The notes: generated by a model from the sequence alone, not told the origin. 52,334 nucleotides of DNA from Candidatus Aquidulcis sp. (GCA_009919005.1 RGCW01000003.1:1-52334); one strand, 5' to 3'; positions 44,551 to 52,334 are shown, numbered from the stretch's first letter. Made by a program: numbers and translations.

Positions 44551-44556
44551 ACTGTA
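44551..44556 (-). promoter_or_regulatory. -10 box TACAGT, 6 nt upstream of GTG 44544
   Basis: revcomp of actgta. Confidence 0.4.
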
Positions 44557-44579
44557 GCCCACGATTCTGAGGGTCGGCG

Positions 44580-44585
44580 TACCAT
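44580..44585 (+). promoter_or_regulatory. -10 box TACCAT, 7 nt upstream of ATG 44593
   Basis: TANNNT-N7-ATG. Confidence 0.45.
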
Positions 44586-44592
44586 TTAGCGC

Positions 44593-46416
44593 ATGCAGAT
44601 GTTCCGTCGTGCGGTCCGCCTCCTCCTCGGTGCCACGATCGGCCTTGTGGTTGTCGGCGTCATCGTGCGCGCCACAGATTCGGGGATGGGATGCCCCGAC
44701 TGGCCCCTCTGTTATGGGCAGATCATCCCGCCGACCACCGATTCTGGCGACGTCATCGCCTACAAAGCGTGGCTGGAATGGATTCATCGCACGATTGCCG
44801 CTGGGATTGGGCTCATTGCTCTCGCAGTCGTGATCATTGCGCTGAGGGGTCTCAAGGGTCGTCGATCACTCCAGGGGGCCTCCGTGGCACTGCTCGCCCT
44901 CGTCCTCTTCCAAGCCTGGCTCGGTCGGCAAACGGTGCTCGAGTCCAACTCTGGGGCATCGGTAACGGCACATTTGGCGACCGCGATGGCCTTCGTTGGA
45001 TTGCAGGTGTGGGTTCTTGCCCGAAGTGGGTACGCTGAAACCCTCAATGGCATTCGTCGAGCGAGCGGCGGCGTCGTCGCCCCCGTTGTCGCGGCGGGCA
45101 GCATCTATGCCCTCCTGCTCTTTGGGTCCAATGTCACCGGGACCGAGACGGGTCTCCTTTATCCAGACTGGCCGCTCATGGGGGGCACGCTCTTCCCGCC
45201 CATTACCGAACTTGCAACACCGCAGATCGTCCATCGCTACGCCACAGCAATCGTCGCCCTAGTCCTGATCTCAACCCTTTGGATCGTTCGGCGCGAGAAC
45301 GGGGGAACGAGGCGTGTACGTCAACAGCTGCTCGCTGCCACAGCGATCTTTGCGCTGCAGTGCCTCATCGGCGCCGCGCAGATCTTTACGAAGTTGGCTC
45401 CGTGGACGCAGACCCTCCATGTTGCGCTGGCTACCATGATCTGGGTCCTCACCGTCGGCGCCGCCTCTGTTGCGCTCCTTGAGGCACGATCTTCGGGAGG
45501 CGGTCAGGGGGGCGTGGCACGAGGCGCTTCAAAAACGCGTGGGGCAACCATCTCTGCATATATCGCACTGACCAAGCCGCGCATCGTCGAGCTGCTGCTG
45601 ATCACCACGATCCCCGCAATGCTCCTTGCCGCACACGGGTTCCCGCCACTCACTCTCATTGCCGCCACTCTGGTTGGTGGCACCCTGAGCGCGGCGAGTG
45701 CCAACGTGTTCAATTGCATCATTGATGCCGACATTGACGCACAGATGAGTCGAACCTCGTCGCGACCACTCGTCACTGGTCAGATCAGCGTCGGATCGGC
45801 GCTGCTCTTCGCCAGCGCTCTTGGTGTCGCCAGCTTTGTGTTTCTAGCCACAACTACAACGGTGCTGGCCGCCTTCGTCTCACTTCTGGCACTCGCGTTC
45901 TATGTGCTCGTCTATACGCTCATCCTCAAGCGCTCAACGCCACAAAACATCGTGATCGGTGGCGCCGCTGGCGCACTGCCGCCAGTGATTGGGTGGGCCG
46001 CCGTTACGGGCGATATCTCACTGGTGCCCGTCCTGCTCTTCGCGCTCGTCTTCTACTGGACACCTCCCCACTTCTGGGCGCTCGCCCTGCGCATCGGTCC
46101 GGACTACGCCGCCGCCGGCGTGCCGATGCTGCCCGTTACCGCCGGGCCGACGGAGACGGCACGACAGATCTGGCTCTACACCCTCCTGTTGGTGGCGATG
46201 AGCCTTCTGCTGTGGGCAGTTTCGGGAATGGGACTGGTCTACCTTGGCGTCGCTCTGGTGGGTGGGGGAGTCTTCCTCGCACGCGCCTGGCGTCTGCGCA
46301 CCGATGTGCTGGGGGAGGGTTTGCTGCGTGGCGCGACGCGCCTCTATCGCTTCTCGATCAGTTATCTGACGTTGATCTTCGCTGCGATCGCACTCGATTC
46401 AATCCTGCCGCGCTAG
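44593..46416 (+). CDS. ctaA-ctaB: fused heme A synthase (CtaA/COX15, N-terminal) and protoheme IX farnesyltransferase (CtaB/COX10, C-terminal)
   Basis: N-terminal DSGMGCPDWPLCYG and His-containing TM helices. Gly-rich linker SSGGGQGG around 45480-45510, followed by YIALTKPRIVELL and the UbiA-type prenyltransferase TM pattern. Confidence 0.85.
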   Translation: MQMFRRAVRLLLGATIGLVVVGVIVRATDSGMGCPDWPLCYGQIIPPTTDSGDVIAYKAWLEWIHRTIAAGIGLIALAVVIIALRGLKGRRSLQGASVALLALVLFQAWLGRQTVLESNSGASVTAHLATAMAFVGLQVWVLARSGYAETLNGIRRASGGVVAPVVAAGSIYALLLFGSNVTGTETGLLYPDWPLMGGTLFPPITELATPQIVHRYATAIVALVLISTLWIVRRENGGTRRVRQQLLAATAIFALQCLIGAAQIFTKLAPWTQTLHVALATMIWVLTVGAASVALLEARSSGGGQGGVARGASKTRGATISAYIALTKPRIVELLLITTIPAMLLAAHGFPPLTLIAATLVGGTLSAASANVFNCIIDADIDAQMSRTSSRPLVTGQISVGSALLFASALGVASFVFLATTTTVLAAFVSLLALAFYVLVYTLILKRSTPQNIVIGGAAGALPPVIGWAAVTGDISLVPVLLFALVFYWTPPHFWALALRIGPDYAAAGVPMLPVTAGPTETARQIWLYTLLLVAMSLLLWAVSGMGLVYLGVALVGGGVFLARAWRLRTDVLGEGLLRGATRLYRFSISYLTLIFAAIALDSILPR

Positions 46417-46426
46417 CGGCGTCAAC

Positions 46427-47113
46427 CTAGTGGCGGTCGGCCACTTGAGCCTGCCGTTCTGCTCGTCCACCACGGTCAAGACGTCCCAGCCAGAACTGGA
46501 CCTGCGGTCCGATTGCGAACGCGAACCAGATCGTGCCGAATCCGAAGGTGCCTCCGAGGGCGATCCCCACGATCCCGACCACCACTTCAATCGCAGTTCG
46601 CATCTTCCAGATCGGTTGGCCGGTGCGAGCGTGAAGGCCGGTCATCAGGCCATCCCGTGGCCCCGGTCCGTTGCCACTGCCGATATAAATGCCCGAGCCA
46701 AGTCCAACGATTGCAGTGCCAGCGATAGCAAGGCCGCCCGCGAGGAGTGGTTGCGCGGCGATCTCGGTGGCGGATGGAACGCCTGCGAGAGCGAGTATGG
46801 CGAGCTCACTATTCATGATCCAGCCGATCACCACGATGTTGCTGAGCGTCCCGAGTCCAGGGCGCTGACGGAGGGGAATCCAGAGAAGCAGGACGAAGAT
46901 GCCGCTCAGTTGTGCCGCGGTGCCAATCTGAATACCGAGCTGCTTACTGAGGCCTTGATGGAGGATCTCCCATGACGGGAGGCCAACACCGGCGGCGAGC
47001 ATGAAAACGAGCCCGGTCGCAAAGATCACCTGGCCAATGATCGTCTGCGGGAAACGCCTGACGGCATCGGCGGTGATTGCCTGTGACAGCCAGTTGCTGC
47101 GCGGAGCGTTCAT
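46427..47113 (-). CDS. YczE/YitT-like integral membrane protein
   Basis: 6-7 TM, with a GPGPRDGLMTG loop motif; 4-nt overlap with tsaC. Confidence 0.5.
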   Translation of the reverse strand: MNAPRSNWLSQAITADAVRRFPQTIIGQVIFATGLVFMLAAGVGLPSWEILHQGLSKQLGIQIGTAAQLSGIFVLLLWIPLRQRPGLGTLSNIVVIGWIMNSELAILALAGVPSATEIAAQPLLAGGLAIAGTAIVGLGSGIYIGSGNGPGPRDGLMTGLHARTGQPIWKMRTAIEVVVGIVGIALGGTFGFGTIWFAFAIGPQVQFWLGRLDRGGRAERQAQVADRH

Positions 47114-48186
47114 GCGATCCCTCCACGCTGCGGTCGAGCCGCGGCACGCTGTAGTCGATCGGCGATTGCCGACCCAAGACCCCCTTCAGGATACGGTGCC
47201 GCGACGATGTGTGCGGCCGGGAGGTTGAGTTCGAGTAGCGTGGACTCCAGCTCATGGAGTCGCTCAAAGAGGTGGGCGGCCGCTCGCACCGGATCCAGCG
47301 CATCACTCAGTGCGACCGCTGTGTGCACCACGGCCCCAGACTCGTTCCCGAGGCGGACTAATCGGCTCAGCCCGTCGAGGTCCGGCGCGAGCAGTGCACA
47401 GTCGCGAACATGAGCTGGAAACTCCCTCGTGGCAAGGAGTAGAGGTACGACGGGCGCATAGTGCGATTCGGTCATCCCAGGGGCAGGGAGCGGCACGCCT
47501 GGATGTGCCGTTGAGGGGGTGGTGACGAGGCCACCGTGATCCCTGAGAACGTGGGCGAGATCTTCTTGGGGGATGCCACCGTGACGCAAGAGGCGGGCAG
47601 GGCCGTCAACGTCGAGCGCGATAACGCTTGACTCAATACCGATCTCGGTGGCCTCGCCAATCAGAATCGCATCAATTCGTCCATCAAGTTGTTGCAGCAC
47701 ATGCTCAGGCGTCGTGGGCGAGAGGCGACCAAAGCGGTTCGCACTCGGCGCGGCGATCGGTGTGCCAGCCGCGCGAATGAGGGCGAGTGCCGTCTCGTGT
47801 CGCGGCAACCGAACACCGACGGTGCCGAGCCCAGCGCGCACGAGCCCAGGAACCTCGGGACGCGCCTCCGCGACGATCGTGAGCGCTCCGGGCCAGAATC
47901 GCTCGGCGAGGAGATCAATTCGTTGGTCTGAACGGGCCTTCGCGGTGAAGAGGTGCATGAGGTCTCCACGGTCGGCAATGTGCACGATCAGAGGGTCAAA
48001 GGTCGGGCGACCCTTCGCCTCAAAAATACGCGCAACTGCTGGCGCATCAAAGGCGTTAGCGCCGAGCCCGTACACGGTCTCGGTCGGGAATGCGACAAGT
48101 CCACCAGCGCGAATGATCTCCGCCGCGCGCGGCGCTGATTCAGCAGCCGAGTGCGCGGTACGTGCACGAAGTCGTTCGGTGATCAT
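47110..48186 (-). CDS. tsaC: L-threonylcarbamoyladenylate synthase (Sua5-type: YrdC domain + Sua5 C-terminal domain)
   Basis: GGLVAFPTETVYGLGANAFD and SANRFGRLSPT; 358 aa. Confidence 0.88.
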   Translation of the reverse strand: MITERLRARTAHSAAESAPRAAEIIRAGGLVAFPTETVYGLGANAFDAPAVARIFEAKGRPTFDPLIVHIADRGDLMHLFTAKARSDQRIDLLAERFWPGALTIVAEARPEVPGLVRAGLGTVGVRLPRHETALALIRAAGTPIAAPSANRFGRLSPTTPEHVLQQLDGRIDAILIGEATEIGIESSVIALDVDGPARLLRHGGIPQEDLAHVLRDHGGLVTTPSTAHPGVPLPAPGMTESHYAPVVPLLLATREFPAHVRDCALLAPDLDGLSRLVRLGNESGAVVHTAVALSDALDPVRAAAHLFERLHELESTLLELNLPAAHIVAAPYPEGGLGSAIADRLQRAAARPQRGGIA

Positions 48187-49007
48187 GCTGCGGGCTCTAA
48201 CTCGATCATCAGTGCGGCATGATCTGAGGGCGAAGCCCCCTTACGCCCCTCTCGATCTACGCTACTTGAGAGAATGGCGCCGGCGCGTGGCTCAACGAGC
48301 AGGTGGTCGATTCGCATCCCCCAGCCACGATGAAATGCTCCGCCGCGATAGTCCCACCAGGTGAATGGGGCGCGTTCGCCCACAGGAGTAACCGCCAGTG
48401 CCGCGTCGGTGAGGCCCAAGCCGATCAGTGCGCTCCACGCTTCACGCTCTCGCGGAGTGACATGTGTGGCACCGACCAGTGCAGCGGGGTCCCATACGTC
48501 GGCATCGGTGGGTGCCACGTTGAAATCTCCGCCCAAGATGAGCGGCGCCGACTCGGAGATGCGCGCCGCCGACCAGGCGCGCAGTGCGTCGTACCAGTGC
48601 AGCTTGGCGTGGAAGTGCGGTGCATCGACCTCACGTCCATTTGGCGCGTAGACCGAGGCGACGCGGATCCCACCACAATTTGCGCTGATGAGACGTGGTT
48701 CACTCAAAAGGTCGGGGAGTTCGGGATCGTGTCCCTTCGGCGTATAGTCGGCGATGCTCTCGTGGACATCGCGTAGTCCCAACCTTGACGCAATGAGGAC
48801 GCCGTTGCGCCCACCTGCTCCGATCGCGGCGACCTCGTAGGAGCGGCTTGAGAAGAGCCCTTCGGGAATCTGTGCCGGATCGCACTTTGTCTCTTGCAGC
48901 AGCACGATGTCTGGCGCGTTGGCGTCGAGCCATGCTGCAACACGTTCAGCCCGAGCGCGGAGTCCGTTGACATTCCAGGTCGCGATGCGCAGGGGGGAGG
49001 CGTTCAT
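48183..49007 (-). CDS. xthA: exodeoxyribonuclease III
   Basis: RIATWNVNGLRAR, VLLQETK and SDHAALMIEL. Start moved to ATG 49007; the track extension to 49316 is Arg-rich out-of-frame material. Confidence 0.9.
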   Translation of the reverse strand: MNASPLRIATWNVNGLRARAERVAAWLDANAPDIVLLQETKCDPAQIPEGLFSSRSYEVAAIGAGGRNGVLIASRLGLRDVHESIADYTPKGHDPELPDLLSEPRLISANCGGIRVASVYAPNGREVDAPHFHAKLHWYDALRAWSAARISESAPLILGGDFNVAPTDADVWDPAALVGATHVTPREREAWSALIGLGLTDAALAVTPVGERAPFTWWDYRGGAFHRGWGMRIDHLLVEPRAGAILSSSVDREGRKGASPSDHAALMIELEPAA

Positions 49008-49021
49008 GAGATCGCCCGAAG

Positions 49022-49309
49022 TTAGGAGCGTGGTCCCCGCAAGATAGCGCCGATGATCCCTGCGTCGTGCGGCGCGGCCGCCTCGCCGGTTGGGTCGGCG
49101 GCCTCTGAGATCGGATGGAGCCCGAGCGCTTGAACTATACGGAGCGCGCCCTCGAGTTGCGCCTCTGGGACGCCGAGGTGGAGTGACCCATCGGCCTCGG
49201 GTGCCCCCATGACGCCCTCGACAGCGATGTTCGCCGTGGCGAGCGCCGAGATGACGGCCGCAAGACTGCCAACCTGCGGCGTGATCGTGACGGTAAACCA
49301 GGCGCTCAT
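49022..49309 (-). CDS. small ACT-domain-like protein (95 aa)
   Basis: MSAWFTVTITPQVGSLAAVISALATANIAVEGV has a beta-alpha-beta ACT-like pattern and normal composition. ATG lies 6 nt below TATGAT. Confidence 0.55.
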   Translation of the reverse strand: MSAWFTVTITPQVGSLAAVISALATANIAVEGVMGAPEADGSLHLGVPEAQLEGALRIVQALGLHPISEAADPTGEAAAPHDAGIIGAILRGPRS

Positions 49310-49315
49310 GCGCCA

Positions 49316-49321
49316 ATCATA
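49316..49321 (-). promoter_or_regulatory. -10 box TATGAT, 6 nt upstream of ATG 49309
   Basis: revcomp of atcata. Confidence 0.45.
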
Positions 49322-49350
49322 GGGGCGTGGAAGCCTTGGCGGGTGCGATT

Positions 49351-49379
49351 CGGGCGTGTCCCCAGTAGAGGCACGCCCG
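49351..49379 (-). terminator. hairpin CGGGCGTG-N13-CACGCCCG after the MFS gene (no clear U-tract)
   Basis: 8-bp GC-rich stem between the MFS stop (49386) and the next promoter. Confidence 0.3.
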
Positions 49380-49385
49380 AGTCAG

Positions 49386-51029
49386 CTACATCTCGGCTAG
49401 TGCACCCTTCGCTCCACCGCGAAGCGGGATCTCCTCGATCAAGGTTGCAGCGACGAACGCCACGAGGCTTGCGACCACAGAGAGCCAGAAGATTGCACCG
49501 ATCGCATCGGCGATCCCCGCTTTAATGGCGCTGAAGAACGCCTCGATGTATTGCGGAGGGATCAGACTGATCAGTGCCTGGTCAAACTTCCCACCGACGT
49601 TGGTGAGCTGCGCCAGGTTGCCACCGATTGCCGAGAAGAACGGGTCAAAGGTTCCCGCTGGTGCAGCCTTTGTCAACTCCGTTGGGATCGTGGTGACGAG
49701 CTGACCTCCAAAGTAGGAGCCGACGATCGCCAATCCTACCGAACCACCGACCTGTCGGAAGAAGGTCAGGTTTGACGTCGCGGCACCAAGGAACTTGAAC
49801 GGCACGGCGTTCTGCACAACGATCGTGAAGACAGACAGGGTTGGTCCAACGCCGAGCCCAGCAAGGAACATCCAGAGGCGCAGCGTCCACGGATCAGTGT
49901 CGGCCTTGATGTTGGTGAGCAGCACAGAAGCTGCGGCAACGAGCAAGATGGCACCGAGAATGAGTCGCTTATATCGTCCGCGGCGAGCCACGAGCTGCCC
50001 GGCGGTAACCGAGCTGATGATCACGCCCAACAAGAGCGGGAGCGTTGCATAGCCAGAGTTTGTTGCCGATTCGCCGAGGACGGTCTGGAAGTAGCGCGGC
50101 AAGAAGATCACCGACGAGAAGAAGCCAAACGAGGCAAAGAACGAGGCGGCCGCGGCGGCGGCGAAGGTTCGGTTGCGGAAGAGTTCAAGCGGGATGATTG
50201 GCTCTTCGACCTTTGACTCAATAAAGAGGAAGAGGCCGAGGAGCACGAGTCCAAACGAGATCAACCCTGCCACCTCAGGCGTAGCGAACGCGTTGGTTTG
50301 CACGTTGGTGAGACCAAGGAGCACCGGAATGATTCCCGCTGCAAAGACGAGCGCTCCGAGGAAGTCAATCTTCTGATTGGCTCGTCCTTTGATCGTTGGG
50401 AGTTCGAGCAGGATGATGGCAATGCTGATCAGGCCAATGGGCAGGTTGACGTAAAAGATCAAGTGCCAGCTGAAGGTGTCGGTGAGCCATCCGCCGAGCG
50501 CTGGTCCGACCAGGCTCGAGAGTCCAAAGACCGCACCGAAGAGGCCCTGGTATCGACCACGCTCCTTCGCAGAGTAGAGGTCACCAATGGTGGCGAGGGC
50601 GATAGGGAAGAGCGCACCTGCACCGAGTCCCTGAATGCCGCGGAAGACGATCAGCTGCTCAATGGTTTGGCTGAGACCGGCGAGTACCGAGCCGACCAAG
50701 AAGAGGCCGACGCCGGCGAGGAGTAGCGGCTTGCGGCCGTACATATCGGAAAGCTTTCCGTAAATTGGCACGGTCACCGTGCTCGCGAGCAGGTAGATCG
50801 TCACAACCCAGGTGTAGAGATTGGCACCGTTGAGGTCGGTGATGATCTTTGGCAGAGCAGTTCCGACAATCGTCTGATCAAGCGCGCCCAAGAAGAGGGC
50901 AAGCATGATCGCGACGATGATCCCCTGCTTTGCACGGCGTGAGAGGTCGGCCCCAGCTGGGGCTGGTGCCGTCGACTGGGTGGGTCGTGCGCTCGTCGCG
51001 GCCGAGCGACGCTTCGTGCTTGTGGGCAT
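49386..51029 (-). CDS. MFS transporter, DHA2 (EmrB/QacA-like, 14-TMS) family
   Basis: FLGALDQTIVGTALPKI and the GKLSDMYGRKP motif; about 14 hydrophobic segments. ATG 51029 lies 7 nt after GGAGGT; the track ORF starts at 51044. Confidence 0.85.
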   Translation of the reverse strand: MPTSTKRRSAATSARPTQSTAPAPAGADLSRRAKQGIIVAIMLALFLGALDQTIVGTALPKIITDLNGANLYTWVVTIYLLASTVTVPIYGKLSDMYGRKPLLLAGVGLFLVGSVLAGLSQTIEQLIVFRGIQGLGAGALFPIALATIGDLYSAKERGRYQGLFGAVFGLSSLVGPALGGWLTDTFSWHLIFYVNLPIGLISIAIILLELPTIKGRANQKIDFLGALVFAAGIIPVLLGLTNVQTNAFATPEVAGLISFGLVLLGLFLFIESKVEEPIIPLELFRNRTFAAAAAASFFASFGFFSSVIFLPRYFQTVLGESATNSGYATLPLLLGVIISSVTAGQLVARRGRYKRLILGAILLVAAASVLLTNIKADTDPWTLRLWMFLAGLGVGPTLSVFTIVVQNAVPFKFLGAATSNLTFFRQVGGSVGLAIVGSYFGGQLVTTIPTELTKAAPAGTFDPFFSAIGGNLAQLTNVGGKFDQALISLIPPQYIEAFFSAIKAGIADAIGAIFWLSVVASLVAFVAATLIEEIPLRGGAKGALAEM

Positions 51030-51119
51030 CTCGTGAACCTCCATCTCGCGCCGTCAGATATCCGACGATATTTCGCGTTGCAACTATCTTACCGCGTCGC
51101 ACGCTTGCCTGCAGGGCGG

Positions 51120-51125
51120 TAGGGT
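51120..51125 (+). promoter_or_regulatory. -10 box TAGGGT, 6 nt upstream of ATG 51132
   Basis: TANNNT-N6-ATG. Confidence 0.45.
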
Positions 51126-51131
51126 GCACCT

Positions 51132-52073
51132 ATGCAGATCGCCGTGGTGATTGAAGGGCAGATGAACCTCTCCTACGCGGATCAGTTGGCGGCAGCACGT
51201 CGCGCCGAGGCCGTGGGGCTGAGCGGCTTCTACCGCACAGACCACTATGAATCGTTCCCTGGCCCGAGCGATCAGGCAACCACGGATGCCTGGAGCATCC
51301 TCGCCGGTATAGCTCGGGAGACTCGCTCCATTCCTCTCGGCACCCTCGTCAGCCCCGTCACATTTCGAGCTCCCGGCGCATTCGCCAAAATCGTCGCGAC
51401 GATCCAAGAGATGGCGGGGCGACAAATTCATGCAGGGCTCGGCACCGGTTGGCATGAGTCGGAGCACCGCCGATACGGTTTCCCGTTTCCGGCAATGGCG
51501 ACGCGCGCCGAGATGCTTGAAGAGCAGTTGCAGATCGTTCGAGGACTCTGGTCTGGCCCCGATGGATGGTCCTTCAGTGGGTCGCACTACCAGGTGAGTG
51601 ACGCGCTCTTTCGGCCGAAGCCCGTCCCGCTGCCGTGGGTGATCACTGGCGGCGAGGGATCACCACGCGGGATGCGAATTGCCGCACGGTTCTCTGACGA
51701 GTTCAACCTCACTTCATCAGCGCCAAGTACCGCGCGCGAAAAGTTTGCGCAGCTCGATGCGGCGTGCGATGCCGCGGGACGCGCGCCCGGGAGCCTCGTC
51801 CGCTCCGCGATGACGGGGGCATTGATTGGACGGAGCGAGGTGGAATATCAGGAAAAGCTTCGGGCGTTCATGTCACGTATCGGAGCGGTTGGTGACCCCG
51901 AATCGTATCTTGCGCCTCGTCGCGCACGCTGGTTGGTAGGAACTCCGGATCAGGCGCTAGCGCAGATGCGTGCGTTCCAAGATGCTGGAGCGAATCGATT
52001 ACTTGTCCAGCACATGGATCCAACAGAGACCTCGTCAATCGACCTGCTGGCTGAGCTGCAGGCTCAGCTGTAG
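51132..52073 (+). CDS. luciferase-like monooxygenase (LLM) family oxidoreductase, probably F420-dependent
   Basis: MQIAVVIEGQ...AEAVGLSGFYRTDHY and GLGTGWHESEH, with the LLM TIM-barrel layout; 313 aa. Confidence 0.7.
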   Translation: MQIAVVIEGQMNLSYADQLAAARRAEAVGLSGFYRTDHYESFPGPSDQATTDAWSILAGIARETRSIPLGTLVSPVTFRAPGAFAKIVATIQEMAGRQIHAGLGTGWHESEHRRYGFPFPAMATRAEMLEEQLQIVRGLWSGPDGWSFSGSHYQVSDALFRPKPVPLPWVITGGEGSPRGMRIAARFSDEFNLTSSAPSTAREKFAQLDAACDAAGRAPGSLVRSAMTGALIGRSEVEYQEKLRAFMSRIGAVGDPESYLAPRRARWLVGTPDQALAQMRAFQDAGANRLLVQHMDPTETSSIDLLAELQAQL

Positions 52074-52175
52074 CGGTTGCGACTACCGCAACGGAGGGAT
52101 TGGACCTCGTCGACCTCGAGGGCCTAACCGAAAGAGCACCCTTCCGCGAAGTGCGCTGAGGGGGACCGCGCCGTC

Positions 52176-52334
52176 GTGTCGGGTCCCTCGCAGTCCGGCA
52201 AGACGTCGCTCCTCACCGCCCTCTGCGCCGCGCTGCTCGATTCCGGCCCCGTCGGCCCCCTCGTCGACGAGCACGTGCACGACGAGGCCGGCGCGGCCGA
52301 GGTCTCGCTCGCGCTGCCCGGCTGCCCGCCTGTC
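52176..52334 (+). CDS. P-loop NTPase, N-terminal part (MobB-like pattern), runs off the window
   Basis: GTG 52176 lies 10 nt after GAGGGGGA. The Walker A GPSQSGKTSLL starts at residue 3, then ..LVDEHVHDE. 50 of 53 third positions are G/C. Confidence 0.3.
   Translation, partial: MSGPSQSGKTSLLTALCAALLDSGPVGPLVDEHVHDEAGAAEVSLALPGCPPV

Noticed and set aside
52076-52092. Hairpin GTTGCG-ACTAC-CGCAAC after the LLM stop, considered as a terminator
   Set aside because: Only a 6-bp stem with no U-tract; not distinguishable from chance.
52083-52280. 65-aa minus-strand ORF at the right edge, and an apparent in-frame TGA (52157-52159) upstream of the Walker A
   Set aside because: The minus-strand ORF is Gly/Arg/Ala-rich and antisense to a frame with a clean P-loop. 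On recounting, the TGA lies in a different frame from the P-loop ORF, whose upstream stop is TAA 52125-52127.

Overview
High-GC (about mid-60s % from hand-sampled stretches), very gene-dense bacterial chromosomal segment with about 58 protein genes and one tRNA. I see no rRNA, CRISPR array, transposase, integrase or recognisable defence system. Most of it is core biosynthesis. On the minus strand: fabD(-fabG), then an esterase-leuC-leuD-ilvD-small ORF-M20 peptidase operon. On the plus strand: eda-like aldolase and FAD oxidoreductase, then ilvB-ilvN-ilvC-leuA-leuB-cimA-pheA behind a leader-peptide attenuator, and an aldehyde dehydrogenase. Next come a glycogen-type pair (GH13-like enzyme and debranching enzyme) flanking a membrane protein, then greA, several unknown membrane proteins, a mycoredoxin-like protein, a HAD hydrolase and a shortened FemAB-like protein. 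These are followed by a phosphoribosyltransferase, a 5'-truncated metB-like fragment abutting tRNA-Gly(CCC), and two tandem secreted 'ELWRTNGT'-repeat proteins. The rest is lipB plus a GalT-like protein, a pyrR-pyrB-pyrC-[3 unknown genes]-pyrK-pyrD-pyrE operon, a lipoprotein divergent from a fused ctaA-ctaB, then yczE-like, tsaC/sua5, xthA, an ACT-like ORF, an MFS exporter, an LLM oxidoreductase and a partial P-loop gene. The mycoredoxin-like and LLM genes, greA/metB synteny and abundant leaderless starts suggest an actinobacterium-like lineage (inference only). Best candidates for undescribed biology: (1) the lower-GC, SD-led two-gene ELW-repeat islet next to tRNA-Gly and the broken metB-like gene; (2) a GalT-fold protein whose nucleophilic His is Cys, coupled to lipB; (3) the pyr operon carrying three unknown coupled genes and divergent PyrK/PyrD-like proteins; (4) a textbook Leu/Ile/Val attenuator on a leaderless leader peptide; (5) a pervasive TANNNT-N6-8-start-codon architecture that also fixes many start codons; (6) in-frame-shortened IlvD and FemAB-like proteins. 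All homology statements come from motif recognition and memory, not from searches.
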